Positions 1-12,900 of a DNA stretch of 64,000 nt are shown here, piece after piece. The first letter of the stretch is position 1; every line of letters starts with the position of its first letter. A program made the position numbers and the translations under genes. The stretch spans positions 1,263,500 to 1,327,499 of the forward strand of contig CM082587.2 of NCBI GenBank assembly GCA_040954595.2, in the 5' to 3' direction. A model generated the notes under the pieces. It searched no databases, was not told where the DNA came from, and saw nothing but the letters and a program-made list of their open reading frames with translations. This DNA comes from Balanoglossus misakiensis (taxonomy: Eukaryota; Animalia; Hemichordata).

Positions 1-952
1 ACCGATAAATCACAAAATTTACAGTGAAAATAATTTTATTTTGAATCCTTCCGCTTTGCATGATCAGACATGTATTCAAACTGAAGACATTCTTAAGTTA
101 CTATTTGAAGATTTCAAGTTCTTGGGAAGAGAATCGGGCACCAGTTTGGGTTTTCTGACATTATTAGACGGGGCAGATGGTAAACTAATGACCAGTACAT
201 GGTTTATCACCATACAATGTAATTTTTCCCCCCTTTTCTTTTGGATGGGTAAAGGGAAAGAGAGGATTAGCTATGCTTTGTCCTACTTAGCCATCATTAA
301 TGGTCACTTAAGCCGTTCTACGAACCCAGACAAGCTTTGTGGCAGAAAGCTTTCCACTAAACACAACACTACACTCCTGCACTTCACATAGTTGAAAAAT
401 AAACCAGGTACAAACAGACTAAGTCAACTGCTGAAACATTATCCATCCTCCCGACAGGATTACCACAACAGAAAGGGTGGGAGATTGGTGGACAGGCAAG
501 ACTTTGTACATCTTGGCTACTTTGAAAGTGTTGGCTGGCCTTGGAAGGGGCGGGGTATTATCTAGGTTCTGAAACACTCACACTTATAGAGAATGTTAGG
601 TGCACAAGAGGCTAACTTTTTTTCACAAACAGCAGTCAAGAGGTTCACCTGGATCCTACATAAGGAAGGAATATCTTTAATTGACAATCTTGTGGGCTTC
701 TTTTCTGTGGAACTCTTTCTGACTGATGAGGTTCAGAGGCAGACAAAAAACAAATTAATCCCAATATCGTTTGTCCGACTATGTGGTGCTTGAACGCTGT
801 AAAATGAGTACCTGTCAACAGAGATGTGAGAATGGATTGCTGACGGGTGTAAACTACCAGAGAGTTTTCTGTGATATTTAGCATGCTCCATTTATTCCAC
901 CCAAAACTCTGCCCCTGCGAGGAAAGTATGGATTGAGCCTTGGTCACGAGTG

Positions 953-988
953 TACACACACACGCACACACGCACGCACGCAAACACA
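953..988. repeat. (CA/CG)n microsatellite
   Basis: acacacacacgcacacacgcacgcacgcaaacaca. Confidence 0.85.
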
Positions 989-3900
989 ATAACCATAAAA
1001 TTCATCTCCACTGTTGGTTGATTGGTTCTTCTTGGCTGTAGATCACCAGGTGTAACATCCCATTAACCAATCAAAGAAGAGAAATATGCATTCAATTCTT
1101 TTCTGACAGTACGACCGGAGGGCAACAGTGTCTTATGTATTGAACATGAAGGATTCAGAGAGACATGTGTGCTCAGAAAGAAGAAATCTGTGAAATACCC
1201 TCAAAATATCGTCACTGAGGCAGATCGATAGAATTCACATTCTAAGCATCAGGTCGACAAGCCACTGTTGTTATCACTTCATCCAGGCCATTCAGCTAGT
1301 CTTTCTTTCTCAGATAAATCACAAAAAACTACCTTCTTCATCTTTAGATCTTCTCTGGTTGTCACGGCAACCGATCAACTTGATAACCTTCAATTATGTG
1401 CCCGAGCCAGAGTCCTTTTGTGCATAGGGTCATCACGCTGCGGGTTCGGAAAGAGGCGTCCTATCTCTGCGTCTTTGTTGTACTTCTAGTAAGAGTAAAT
1501 GCTTCCATCCTCATTGAGAGTGCAACATTCAGAAGGTGAAAACTCCTCGTCTGCTGGGCCAATTTTCTATTTTACAGTCTTGCTACCATTACTATCATCC
1601 TTACTCTCTCTCGCTCTCACTCTGAAAAAAAACTTCCTGTTCAAAAAATCTATTTAGCTTCATCTTCTTTACACACAAAATATCAGATGCATCATCTGAA
1701 CTTTACATGTAGTAAGGGTTCTGTCTGTCTGCCTGCCTGCTTGCCTGTCTGTCTCTCTCACCCTCCAAACAGAAAATTCTTTCTGTGTAATGCATTGCCT
1801 TTCACAATGTCGTTGAGTTGAACATCTTGAACTTAGTCAAAAGGTGATAGGTGACCTGATTACGATGTTTAAATGTATACATACATACTTCAACAGGTGA
1901 TAATTTCTTTTCAGAAAATAAATCTACCAAAACATGAGACACTGTCTTTGATGAAAGCCGCTGAACTTAAAATATTTGTACTTCTGTGGCTTTGACTTAT
2001 GCAGTAGATGATGTAAGAGTCACCATGGTTCAGAAATTGTTTGGTTTGAAACAGTGATGGAATAGTACTTAGAGATAGCGTATACATAACATGTGTTCAA
2101 GAAAGGCGGTATTTCATTTGGTAAAACTCACAACATCAACTTGTGTTAATACTCAACCCCTATTTGCACCATCAAATAGACCGATCCACTGATAATTAGC
2201 AACATGACCGTACTAAGTCTGTAAATAGCATAGGGGGAAACCGAGACTGGGAGATGAAGGTAAATTTCAGCACTTAAAGGAAGTTCCAGGAGCTGAGACT
2301 GTGTTTGGTATGATGCATCAGAATGTTCAATTCACACCCACCATTTGCTGGATGTTTGTTTTGTTTATCCAGGGAATGGCCCCCAACTGCAAACACTCTG
2401 CCTCACAAATTCAGCCAGATCATAACTGTTCGCTGTCCTAACGAGGACAAAGACATCAAGTGCCGGCCCCCATCAATTATCCCGCCAATTTAAACAAACT
2501 ACTGTCTCACTTTTTTTTTACTTTTCAGATGAGTCTCACCCATTCCTTGCAGCAATGAGGCCCCTTTGGTCAAAAACGAGATATTCAGGGTTTTGTGTTT
2601 CCTGTTTCCATGGTAACCAGCAGAGCTGGAAAGCATCCCTGGCAGAGTTAATGGTACATCTCAAGGCTTCTATTCACTCTGACTGCAATGTTTTCTTTGC
2701 CGTGTGCATCAGGACTCTTTGTGTGTATACCCAGGCTATGGGCGCGCTATCAATCACCTACCCATGGTTTACAGTACCCTGTCAGGACCGACCATCTCCA
2801 ATTCATAGAGACTTTCGCCCTTTGGACAACCTTCTAATTCTCTGCATTTTTCCTCGCAGATAAAAATAGTCAAGTTTCAGTCCTTTTGCTGAAAGGGGAG
2901 CAAGGTATGCCACTGATATCCCTGTGGCTGAATTTTTCCGTCCAAACAAAGAATGAATCAAAAGTTCCCGAATTACAAAATTAGTACTGAGTGTGGGAGC
3001 GATATTGATTTAAGCACGAGGACCGGTACAACAGTACTTTACACTCTTGGGAACAACCACAAGTAAGTCTGGATGTTACATCAGACCACTTATTCAGAAA
3101 CTGATCATCACATCCAGAAACCCTTTCTTCCCTTTGGAAGAGTGCCATTCTGTCTTCACTCTCAACAACTGAATCCAAACTAAAGCCAAATACTAAGGTC
3201 GATGGAGTATCACACGGTCACCAACATCCTGAGAATTTCATTTTCATAATTTGCAATCGAACACTCTCCCCCCCCCCCCCTCTAAAAAAAGTTTATGCAG
3301 AAACTGCAACACCAGCGGTTGCTGATATCGCTTAGGCAGACACCTGTCACCAACAGACAGCAGTCTTAAAATCAACATGCTGTAAATTTGCCCCAGAATC
3401 AACCTGTGCAATTAGGAAAAACTTCAAACCACTCATTGATAGGCAGTTTTTTAGTATGCATAATTACACTCGCAAGATTTTTTCTCGTAGGTGTCATAGC
3501 AATGCGTCACATGATCGTTTTTTGGTGGGGCCATGAGACTGTCAATGAATAGTGTTGTAACTTGCATCAGTTTTGGCAAGTAGCCGGCAGTCTTTTAAAT
3601 TTTATGCTGGTAGTTTAGCTAGGTAAAGAATGAGATCGTTCTGGTTCAATTCTCATCTGTGCTGTAGCTACACTGGTGTTATTACACGTTCTGATTTTTA
3701 CAGCCACTCTCTACAAAACAAACTACGTCGCTCGCAAAATTTTATGATGATGGGGCCAAAATTCCCAAGAATTATCGTTACTACCCCATTCATCGCGCGA
3801 ATGTAACATTTTTTTCTAAACCGTTTGTTCAGTGATTCGCTCGAATGTGCATTTTGTCGAACTCACGCACGTACTCTGGTTTGAGAAACAATTCAGATCC

Positions 3901-6900
3901 TAGGAGCAAAACCGTATCGTTTTCAAATTGAAGATAATAAGATCTTTCATAAAAGCCTTTCGATTGACCTGTTCCTAGTGAGTGGTTAGGCAAGAAATCA
4001 CGTACAGCTTTGTGAGGTGAACGTAAAACAGTGCTTCAGTGAATACAAGATGGACGATTTTTTCTTACTACCTGTACTGTTCGATAATTAAAAATAAACA
4101 TCAATTCCTGGAGAAACACAGGTCTACTTATTCTATACATGAATATTGAGGCAAGCTTTATTTTGAAATTTATAAGATTTTTGCAATCATTATATCTAGA
4201 GAACAACATTCACCTTGCCAGGTGAAACAAGAAAATACCACTCATGGCTGCACAACCATTTGTGGTGTCCTGTCTGAGTTCCTTCTCTGTGACATGTCCC
4301 AGCGATGTGGTTTGTTGAATATTGGTGACAAGATGGATTCTGAGGTTAACATTTTATTTACACAATTAGCATGACTTCCTCTGTTCCAATAAATCATGTC
4401 TGAGTATGAGAAGTATCAATAAACGAAAAAACAAGTTATCAGGAGTGATTATCAGAAACACCTAACACTGGATGACCTGAGACTCCTCACACATGTTGGG
4501 GTTCTACAAGTGAAAAGCAAACGAAAGAATGCTGTTTGTTTTTCTTGAAAACAAATATTCGGACACATAACAGCATGAATTTCTTTTCTTTACAAAAAAA
4601 TCAGACAGAAAATGAGGACAAAGTCTTTGGTATATTTCAAAGCTTGCTCCTTCTAATTTAGGAGAGTCAAAAGTTCAAATGTCACTTTAGTTTTTTGAAG
4701 TGGGGCTTCTCTGGTGTGTTTGTTAAGAGGGCGTATACAATGTGATGCAGTCTTGGAAGAGGCAAAACCATATTTAATTTACAGAAAAAAACAGTGTTTT
4801 ACTAATCATCTCTTACGCCGACTTTATTCGCCTTGATGCGCAACGAAAATAATTCAAGACACGGCCGACACACATGCGAGAGACATACTATTTCTTGGTG
4901 ACTCTGAAGGTTAATCCTTTGATTTGCACTTTCTCATTCTGTTGTGGTGTACTCAAAGACTGTAACAGGAAGCCATTTGCAAATGAAAGAAAAATCACCA
5001 CAATATGCGGAAAAAAAATTGAGTCAATTTCAGGTGCTGGCCTTGCTATTAAAATGATACTCACCGATGCAATTATCAACTTGTATAATAACAAAAGTGT
5101 AAGGTTCGCGGATAAATCTGATTAAGGTTTGATTCAAGAATCCTAAGGGGACTTGAAAAGGAACCATAAATATTTTATCACTTGCCTGATGTGAAAAATA
5201 CCACAGAAAAATACTTTGTTGTGAGAAATCGTTTAATCCTGCCTCTAGCCTAAAAAATCTTACGTTTTTATGAGAAAGCAGTATTTGAAATCACATAATG
5301 ACTTATTACTTTACTGTTTAAAATAAGTAAAAACTCAAATCACCATTACAAATAGTGGGAATATAAACTTTGGTTATTATGTGAAATATCCACTTTGATT
5401 GCGGCGAAAATCCGGGAAAACGTCTTCTGAAGACGTACTGGTGCAAGGAGTTGACAGTTTTTTTTCCTTGAGGGGAGAAAACAGCTCTGTTGTGATTTAC
5501 ACCTTGGCAGTAAAATAAGTCAAACCAAAGTATTCATCATGTCCGCATTGAGGAATAAACTTATTAAATATTGATAACTTTTCATCAAACCCCCATTTGT
5601 TTCTTGCGATCCATCTCATGAAAATGTCCATGTTATTGGCAAACCTTGGGGGAATGCGGCTACCAGCTTCAATAAAAAGCTACAAATGTTTCCGATGAAA
5701 ATTGCTTGTCCTGCTGCACTCTGCTGCAGCCCCCGGGTCATGGCAGATTACCGCCTGACATTTTTTGCATAAACGACTCGGCCGTGTACTCTAGATGGGG
5801 CTGCAATTTATTTTTTATGTACAGTGATCTGGGCTTTTACGGCATCTTCCATGATTGACGCTTCAACAATAGTCGAAGCACGGCGTAGACACCACTTACG
5901 TAGCATGAGATCCCTTGCCTCTGGCATTAGCAGCTTCGCATTCTTCTTTCTAATATTCTTACTTAAGATACGGAAAAAAACATTTTAGGAGCCATTAAAG
6001 ACACAGTACCATTTCGTTAAACGAAAGTAGCTGTGCATTTCACTCAGGGGCTATCAGTCAGTACATTAGCGTTATGAAAATTGTGAAAAAGGCCACTTTT
6101 TATATAAACATGCAGATACAATTTTTGGCCTCAAGTACCAAGTCGTCAAAGAAAGCATGTTTTTGCTCTCAAGCCTGAAGAGATTTCACTTCTTTTTCAC
6201 ATTTCGCAAGCGAGGGGTTACGAAACTGAACACCATTACTGTGGAAATTAGAAAAAAATATACTCTTTTCTGCACTTAGGAGCTCAGAGTCTCCATTCAG
6301 AGTCCGATTACACGGCAAAGTGTGTGTCATTTCAGACTGACAAGTTGTCAGCTTGATACTGCAGTGCATTATGGGAGATTACAAGCAGCAAAGACTGATT
6401 TTCTTGGGCATGTCTTCACCACAATTAAATGAAGTAACTTTCCAGAGAGAAAATCAAGCTATGAGAATAAATGTTACGGCAAGTTTGGCAAGATGCCTGT
6501 CTACCAAAGATTTCTCCATTGGTAACTGCATCATTATACTTGGGAGAGATCTCTGCCCACCTACATAACATCGCGAGGTTGCGAACATTTTTTGGAGGGA
6601 AAAACTGAGCAAAATATTCCAGCTGAAACGAAAGCTGTAGTGACGAACGAACAGACGAAGCTTACCAGAGAGCACAACCCTCAACTACGTGAACACTCGA
6701 GTAATGATGCCAAATTTGATTAGAAACGTGCCAAAAATATGATATGAATTAAAGTGCTCAATCATTTATGGAGTTCCATATTGTCACACCTGCTCGAACA
6801 AAAACACACAATCTACATAATTCAACTATTCAGCAATTACCCCTTATTGGTGTTCTAACACACTATAAATCTCACGATCAGAGGTGATGGCAAACTTAAT

Positions 6901-9900
6901 CGAAATTGTTCTTCCTTTTCATGAAGTCCATCCAAACTGCGCAATGCCAATTGCCTGTCAGAAAGCATATGGTTTGAGAACAGGTGCTGCCCATACTGAT
7001 CCCTTCCTATCGTGTACGGTTTTTCTCCCAAACTCCAAGTCCTCCCCGACCCTGTACGACCTTCATACCCATGAACCTTTCCCTAAATAACTTTCATTTC
7101 ATGTCCCCAACCATGTACCTTGCCATTACTATTGTACAAATCCATTGAAATTCTCTCTGTAACTTGACAATATCAAGCATAAGTTTTTTTTGCCCACTGG
7201 AATAACTTTTTTGTCTTTGTAGACTAATATGTGACACGGCCCTTGAAAGAGAACTTTTCTCAATGTCATTACCATTTGTACTATCTCTGCGAGATATGCA
7301 AAAGGATGGAAAATGTGATATAATCAGAGATAAGATAAAATTCAGTGATAAGCAGATACATTTGAGAGTTAAGAAGCATTGTCACTCACACATTAAGGAT
7401 TTTACTACATGTTTTACTACATGTTGGGCTGACCCATAAAGGTTACACCATCTGACAGTGCACTTTGTAGGTGCCTTTCATTTGAAGTTGTCAGTCAGAT
7501 TTTTATTATGAATAAAGACTAGGCAGTAAGCCGGACTATTTCAGAGGAGTAATAACCGACCTAGAAGAAATTATGACATTTGAACAAATCAATAAAACAT
7601 TTACCTGTGGTAAGATTTTATTGTGCCTGATCAATCCTAATGTGATATGCTGGTAACGATATCACTTTCTTCATATGGTATTTCCTTTCAAATATTTCCA
7701 GAAAATATGTTGTTGTTTTCTTAATGCTTAAAATACACATATACCTGACCTACTCTCTGTGATGGGCGGCACTGGGCTGTGCACCTTCAGGAAAAGAAAA
7801 ACAAATCTTTTCCACACATGTATAAAGCTATGAAGTTATTCTGAAACTAATCCTCAAATGGACCTCTCTCGGCAAATGAGCATATGAATGGCAATCTCGC
7901 AAACCAGATAGCGTGCCACCACCATAGCCTTGGGTCTGTATCATTATACTTCTAATTTCCTGTTGCTTGGTTCCTATTTTTTTTCTCCCTCCCCGAGCCA
8001 ATTACACTCAGTATTGTTGGAGCCAAAGTAGCCTTCTCTGGGATTCAAGCAACCTCATACAGGCTACGATAGTTTAATCTTCCTCTCCACTGAGCGAAGA
8101 CAAAGAGCAAATGCTAAAATTTCTCTTTCCTTAGAACTAATGTCTCTTAGAAAAAGCATCACTTTCTTCTATCACTATCATTCTAGCCATGTACTCACCT
8201 TAAAATAGTTCCAAGCTTAAAATCCAACCACACGGCTATTAACATTTGGCCAACTTATTTGACAAGTTGTCGAATGACAGATACAAGCACATGCAGACAA
8301 CAATAATTGCAACCAAATTGGTTCCACAATTTCAAGCAAACCACAAACAGTTTATCCATTTATTTGTCCTTTCATCTTGTCCAGGATTATTATATAAGAC
8401 ACCGAGGTGAATGTACAGTGAAGCAACCTGCTCTTGTTTGGAGCAAAATAGTAAATCCACATTAAAGTAAATTAAAATCACCATGGGCATGCATGCATCT
8501 TACTTCACTGCATATAAATGTTGAAGATGTTTTCAAAATTGTGTTTCTGGGGCAACGTTTGTTAAACTGTGTGTCTGAACAAGACAAATGGTCTTGATGA
8601 CAGACTGGCGAGCGTTACAATTCACTAGAAGTACCAATATGACCATGCAAGTGGCAACTTTGACATGAACGCGGATGCTGTTGCAGGTTTTAGGGTTAGG
8701 GGTTTTGGCACAGCGGGTCTCTGGAGTAGCCAAGAGTAGAAAGCTGTCACTGATCAAAAACATTCTGTGAATCTATGATGCTTCTAGTATTATCTCTTAC
8801 GTCTGAGAATGTCAGAAAGATATGACAATGCCTCTTTGCGTAAATAAGCTGCGAGTTTTATTTTACTGTGTTTTTAATAAAAACCATGCAGCACGCAGAT
8901 GTAAATTTCAACAGATTGGAGAAACAAGTCCCTAACAAAGGAGTTTTTCATAACTTCTCATAATTGAGAATATATTAGCATCACTTTTTCAGCTTCAGAG
9001 GTTTGGAAAAGTTTCTCAACCACACCAAATTAAAACTATGTCACCATGGAAACAGTTCATGGAGGCTAATTAACTGCCTGGAGGAAATATTCAAAAGCTG
9101 GGGAGTAATACACAGTGAAATGAAAATCTCCAGTATGGTACATTTGATTTCTTCTAATCAGGATATCAAAACCATAATCATGTTTGTCCATGCAAGACTA
9201 AAATTATGAGGCGTGTTTGCAGATGTTGCTGTAGTTACCGTCATCATGGTATGAAACCTAGTCACACTTAAAGAAGCAGAAACGAAATAAATATTTTTGG
9301 CACAGATTTTGATTTGACAGAAACATGACATGTTTGTTGGTTGGTTGCTTAGTGCTTCCCTTACTGAAAAACTCATGAATGGAAGGAATTGGTAATTTTT
9401 TGTTCTATACAAACTTTTTGTCTGGTCTCCTTGTATATTCAGAAAGTAACTTTGTCCCGACTTAGACGTTGCTTTGTTTGAAAGAGCCTTAAAAATGCTT
9501 CCACGGTTTTCTCTCAACACATTATCTTTCCTCGACTACCTACATGTTGTTCACCACCTCTTTAGCAACACACTGTCGTCGACGTCAGTCAGTCTCACTT
9601 GCTTGACTTAACGACTGACCTAGAAAATCTATCCCATTCTCTTGGAAGAAAACGCCGTGCAAGGGCACAGATAATTGATCGAACGACTCGTTTTCCCCCC
9701 TTTATTTCAGAGTGAATGACTACAAACATTGGCTCATTAGAGGCAGTATGAGAATTAAACTGAAGCTATTTGCCTTGTCAATGGGATGAAATCGTTGGTC
9801 TTGAGTGTGGTTTGATGCCATCGCAATTGAGCATTAATGCAATACGCACCTGGCACTGAGATAAAAAAGTTCCAGAAAACGAAATTGAATTCTTCGCTGA

Positions 9901-12900
9901 TAGCGTCTGCAAAGTATAGTAAAATTAACAGAACTCGGGGGTTCACTAGATTTCTAGATTATTTGACCAATAAATTGGAGTTCTGAGAACAATGATGCCA
10001 TTTCTTCACTGATAAGTCATCACTCTACAAGATGTACATGTATCATCCCCAACCAGATGTGATTGAATTTGTTATGGAATTTTTTTTTAATTGAGCCAAG
10101 TTCACCACAAGATGTAATGACAGTTAAATTTGGCTCCACACATTCCTGTAATCAGGAAATTTCACACAAATCAGCTAGCCAGGCAAAAAGGATAACATCA
10201 CATACAAAAATATAATTTTTTTTATCATGATAAAAGCTTCACGATGCTCACTAATCTAAAAAATATTCCAAGATGTTTTTTATAGATATGAACTCTAAGA
10301 AACCCGGATTGGACTAGCGCAGATGGAATTCACAATGTAGATATGGAAGGATATGCCATCATAATTGACAAGTGTGATTGTAAATCAATATGGCTGTACC
10401 ATTTTCCAACATCAGGAATTTGCCCTTGTCCCAGTTCACCTGACCACTGCGAGTGCAAAAATTTGGCGGCAATTTTGAATTCAAAACACGACATTCTCTT
10501 TAATACTCTTTTGCACAGCACTTGTGAAAATCTTTCTTGTACCCATGTTGAAAAGGAAAACCTAGAGGTATACATCAAAATGGCATGGGAGAGCATGGTA
10601 GACAGATTGCTTCACTCCCAATGAATTCCGATTAAAATGGTTTCCGAGGCTACCGGCTATGGACATGTAAGTATTCCACTGAAGTATGTCAAAACTGGGG
10701 TTTATGCTTCTTGGAGACGTCTCTCACAATCCACGGAAGGAATCGTCCTCTGAGAAATCAGACTTTTGCTTTCTCGGGTGAAAGTTCGACCTTGGAGGGA
10801 GAGGAGAAGGATTGGGTCTTGTCATCTCTGTATCCGCCCTGCAGGTGTGGGACTGGTTTTTCACACATGAGCGATTGTGCAGCCGACAGACTTCCCACAG
10901 GTAGGCATCTGACAATTGCAAGAGATACCGACAGATACTTGGTAGCTAGCCAGGAAACAAGACAACTCCTTTGATATACGTTCATTACCTGCGATGCCTC
11001 TTAATGTGCCAAGTCTGTTTAATTTACTTTCCTTTGAAACACGTGTCTGATTTATCGGAGACACATTTGGTCAATTTTGCACACCTTAGTCCACAGACTA
11101 ACGTTTGTTTAGTTGTCTGTGTTATGAAATTCCCAGTGTCATTTTGGCAGCAACAACGAGAGATACTACACGTACATGTACTCAGGTATTTCTTAGTCAA
11201 GACAATCACGCTTCATGCATGGTCTACGTGTCTTGCTGGGGTTGTGGTGCTCTATATGCTCTATAAAGTGGGATTTACTAGTCTAGAATGTCTTTTCATC
11301 AATAAATAAATTTCAGCTACTTATTTAGACTATTTTTTCTCTGGTTACTCTTAAACAGGAATGCTCTGTAGAGGATGTGTTATACCTCCCTTCAAATCCT
11401 CAAATACGTCAAGGGATGGAAATTTCCCAGTATTGAGGAAGGGTCCAGGGATAGAAGTCATCCAGTACTGTATGGGCTCATACACACGATTGATGACATA
11501 TTCGAACCAACAATGGTATTATTTTGGTTACACGAAGTCTCTCTCGGGGAAAGAATTCGAACAACTTTCAAGTGACTGAACTGGCCGAGATTTTATGATT
11601 TATGTCGGAAGAGAGTCTGAGGTCTGTTTCGGAGGAGAATGGGATAATAAAACATTAGCAGTATGTTGATGAATGACACCCAGCGACCTCCATCCACCCC
11701 AGTTCCAAACTGACACCTCTACCAATACTCTCTATTCATAAACCGCACCTTCTGCGTTGTAAATAAAATTCGATACTTTCAACCGATGTGCATTCTTCCT
11801 TCAGATACCAATATGCTTTTCTTGTGTTGGATCCTGTGTCTTATATGTGCAAGCGCGCCCAGCTTCGAAGTCCCAATGGATGTTACCAATGTTGAATATC
11901 GGCCACAAAAAGGGCAGCTTCATCTAATTGTTTACAATTCACGAGTATCATAAAATAAATTAAATCACAACGAATTTTTGCCTAGCGTGTGAACTTTTCA
12001 CACATCCTGCAATCCCTTGTGTCCGAATACGCCAGAAAATTTAAACACCCCAAAAATGTCCAGCCTCTCTCGCTCTCTTTTTGGCCATAGTCTTTTCGAC
12101 CGTGGAGTGGATCGTTCCGGTATGCCCTGGTGTCGTACTGGGTCTCTGCATTCTTGTTGCCAACACCACTGACAGTCCATTTGATTTATGAGCACAGCGG
12201 GAAAACGACAGGCCAGTAAAAATCATTCCATTTAACTTAGGATTAAAACCGAAATGGCAGAATCTGATGCAGACAGTTCGCTCTTCTAATGACAGATTAA
12301 TAGACAGCAAGGAAGAGATGGCCGAACGACAGTCTCACAAGTTGTCTGTCAGATTTACCTACGCTTTTAATTAATGCACAGCTTAGCGCATTGCATTATA
12401 GACTTACCAACAGTAGATTAAGTTAGAGCAGTGGGCCAGAAGATGTAATTTGGAAAAAGATTAATTAACTATGAACTGTTCAGCTTCGCTTCACATCCCC
12501 GTTGAAAGTATTTTCCATTAGGAGGTCCAAACTGGGGAATTCCACCGTTTGGAACGTGAATTTTATCTGCTACATAGCTGAGGGAACGGAACGGAAGTTT
12601 AAGGTTTTTCTCTCTCTGTTTGTCTTCTTGATGGAGTTCTTTTTGTTGGAATCAAGGTCAATATGAGACAGGGATAGAGCAATTAATCATGCCATGTATA
12701 CATTACAGTCTGGAAAGTTGTAAACAGAGAGGGCTTTCAGAGGGATCGGCGGCGTTTCATTCTTCAGAGAAAATTCGGCTACGCTTGCTTGCAATTATTT
12801 TCAAAGATGCAAGAAAAGAAGAAAGGAGTAACCTTCGACTTGTGTGCTCCATAGGAGCAGCGTTGCGAGACTCCTTCGTGCTGGTGGGTGAACTCAAAGA

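Noticed and set aside
1333-1621. Possible PBX poison or alternative exon (ttttttcag acceptor, GTAGTT donor, minus strand)
   Set aside because: Would stop immediately after exon 2; such splice-site pairs are frequent by chance in 24 kb and there is no transcript evidence.
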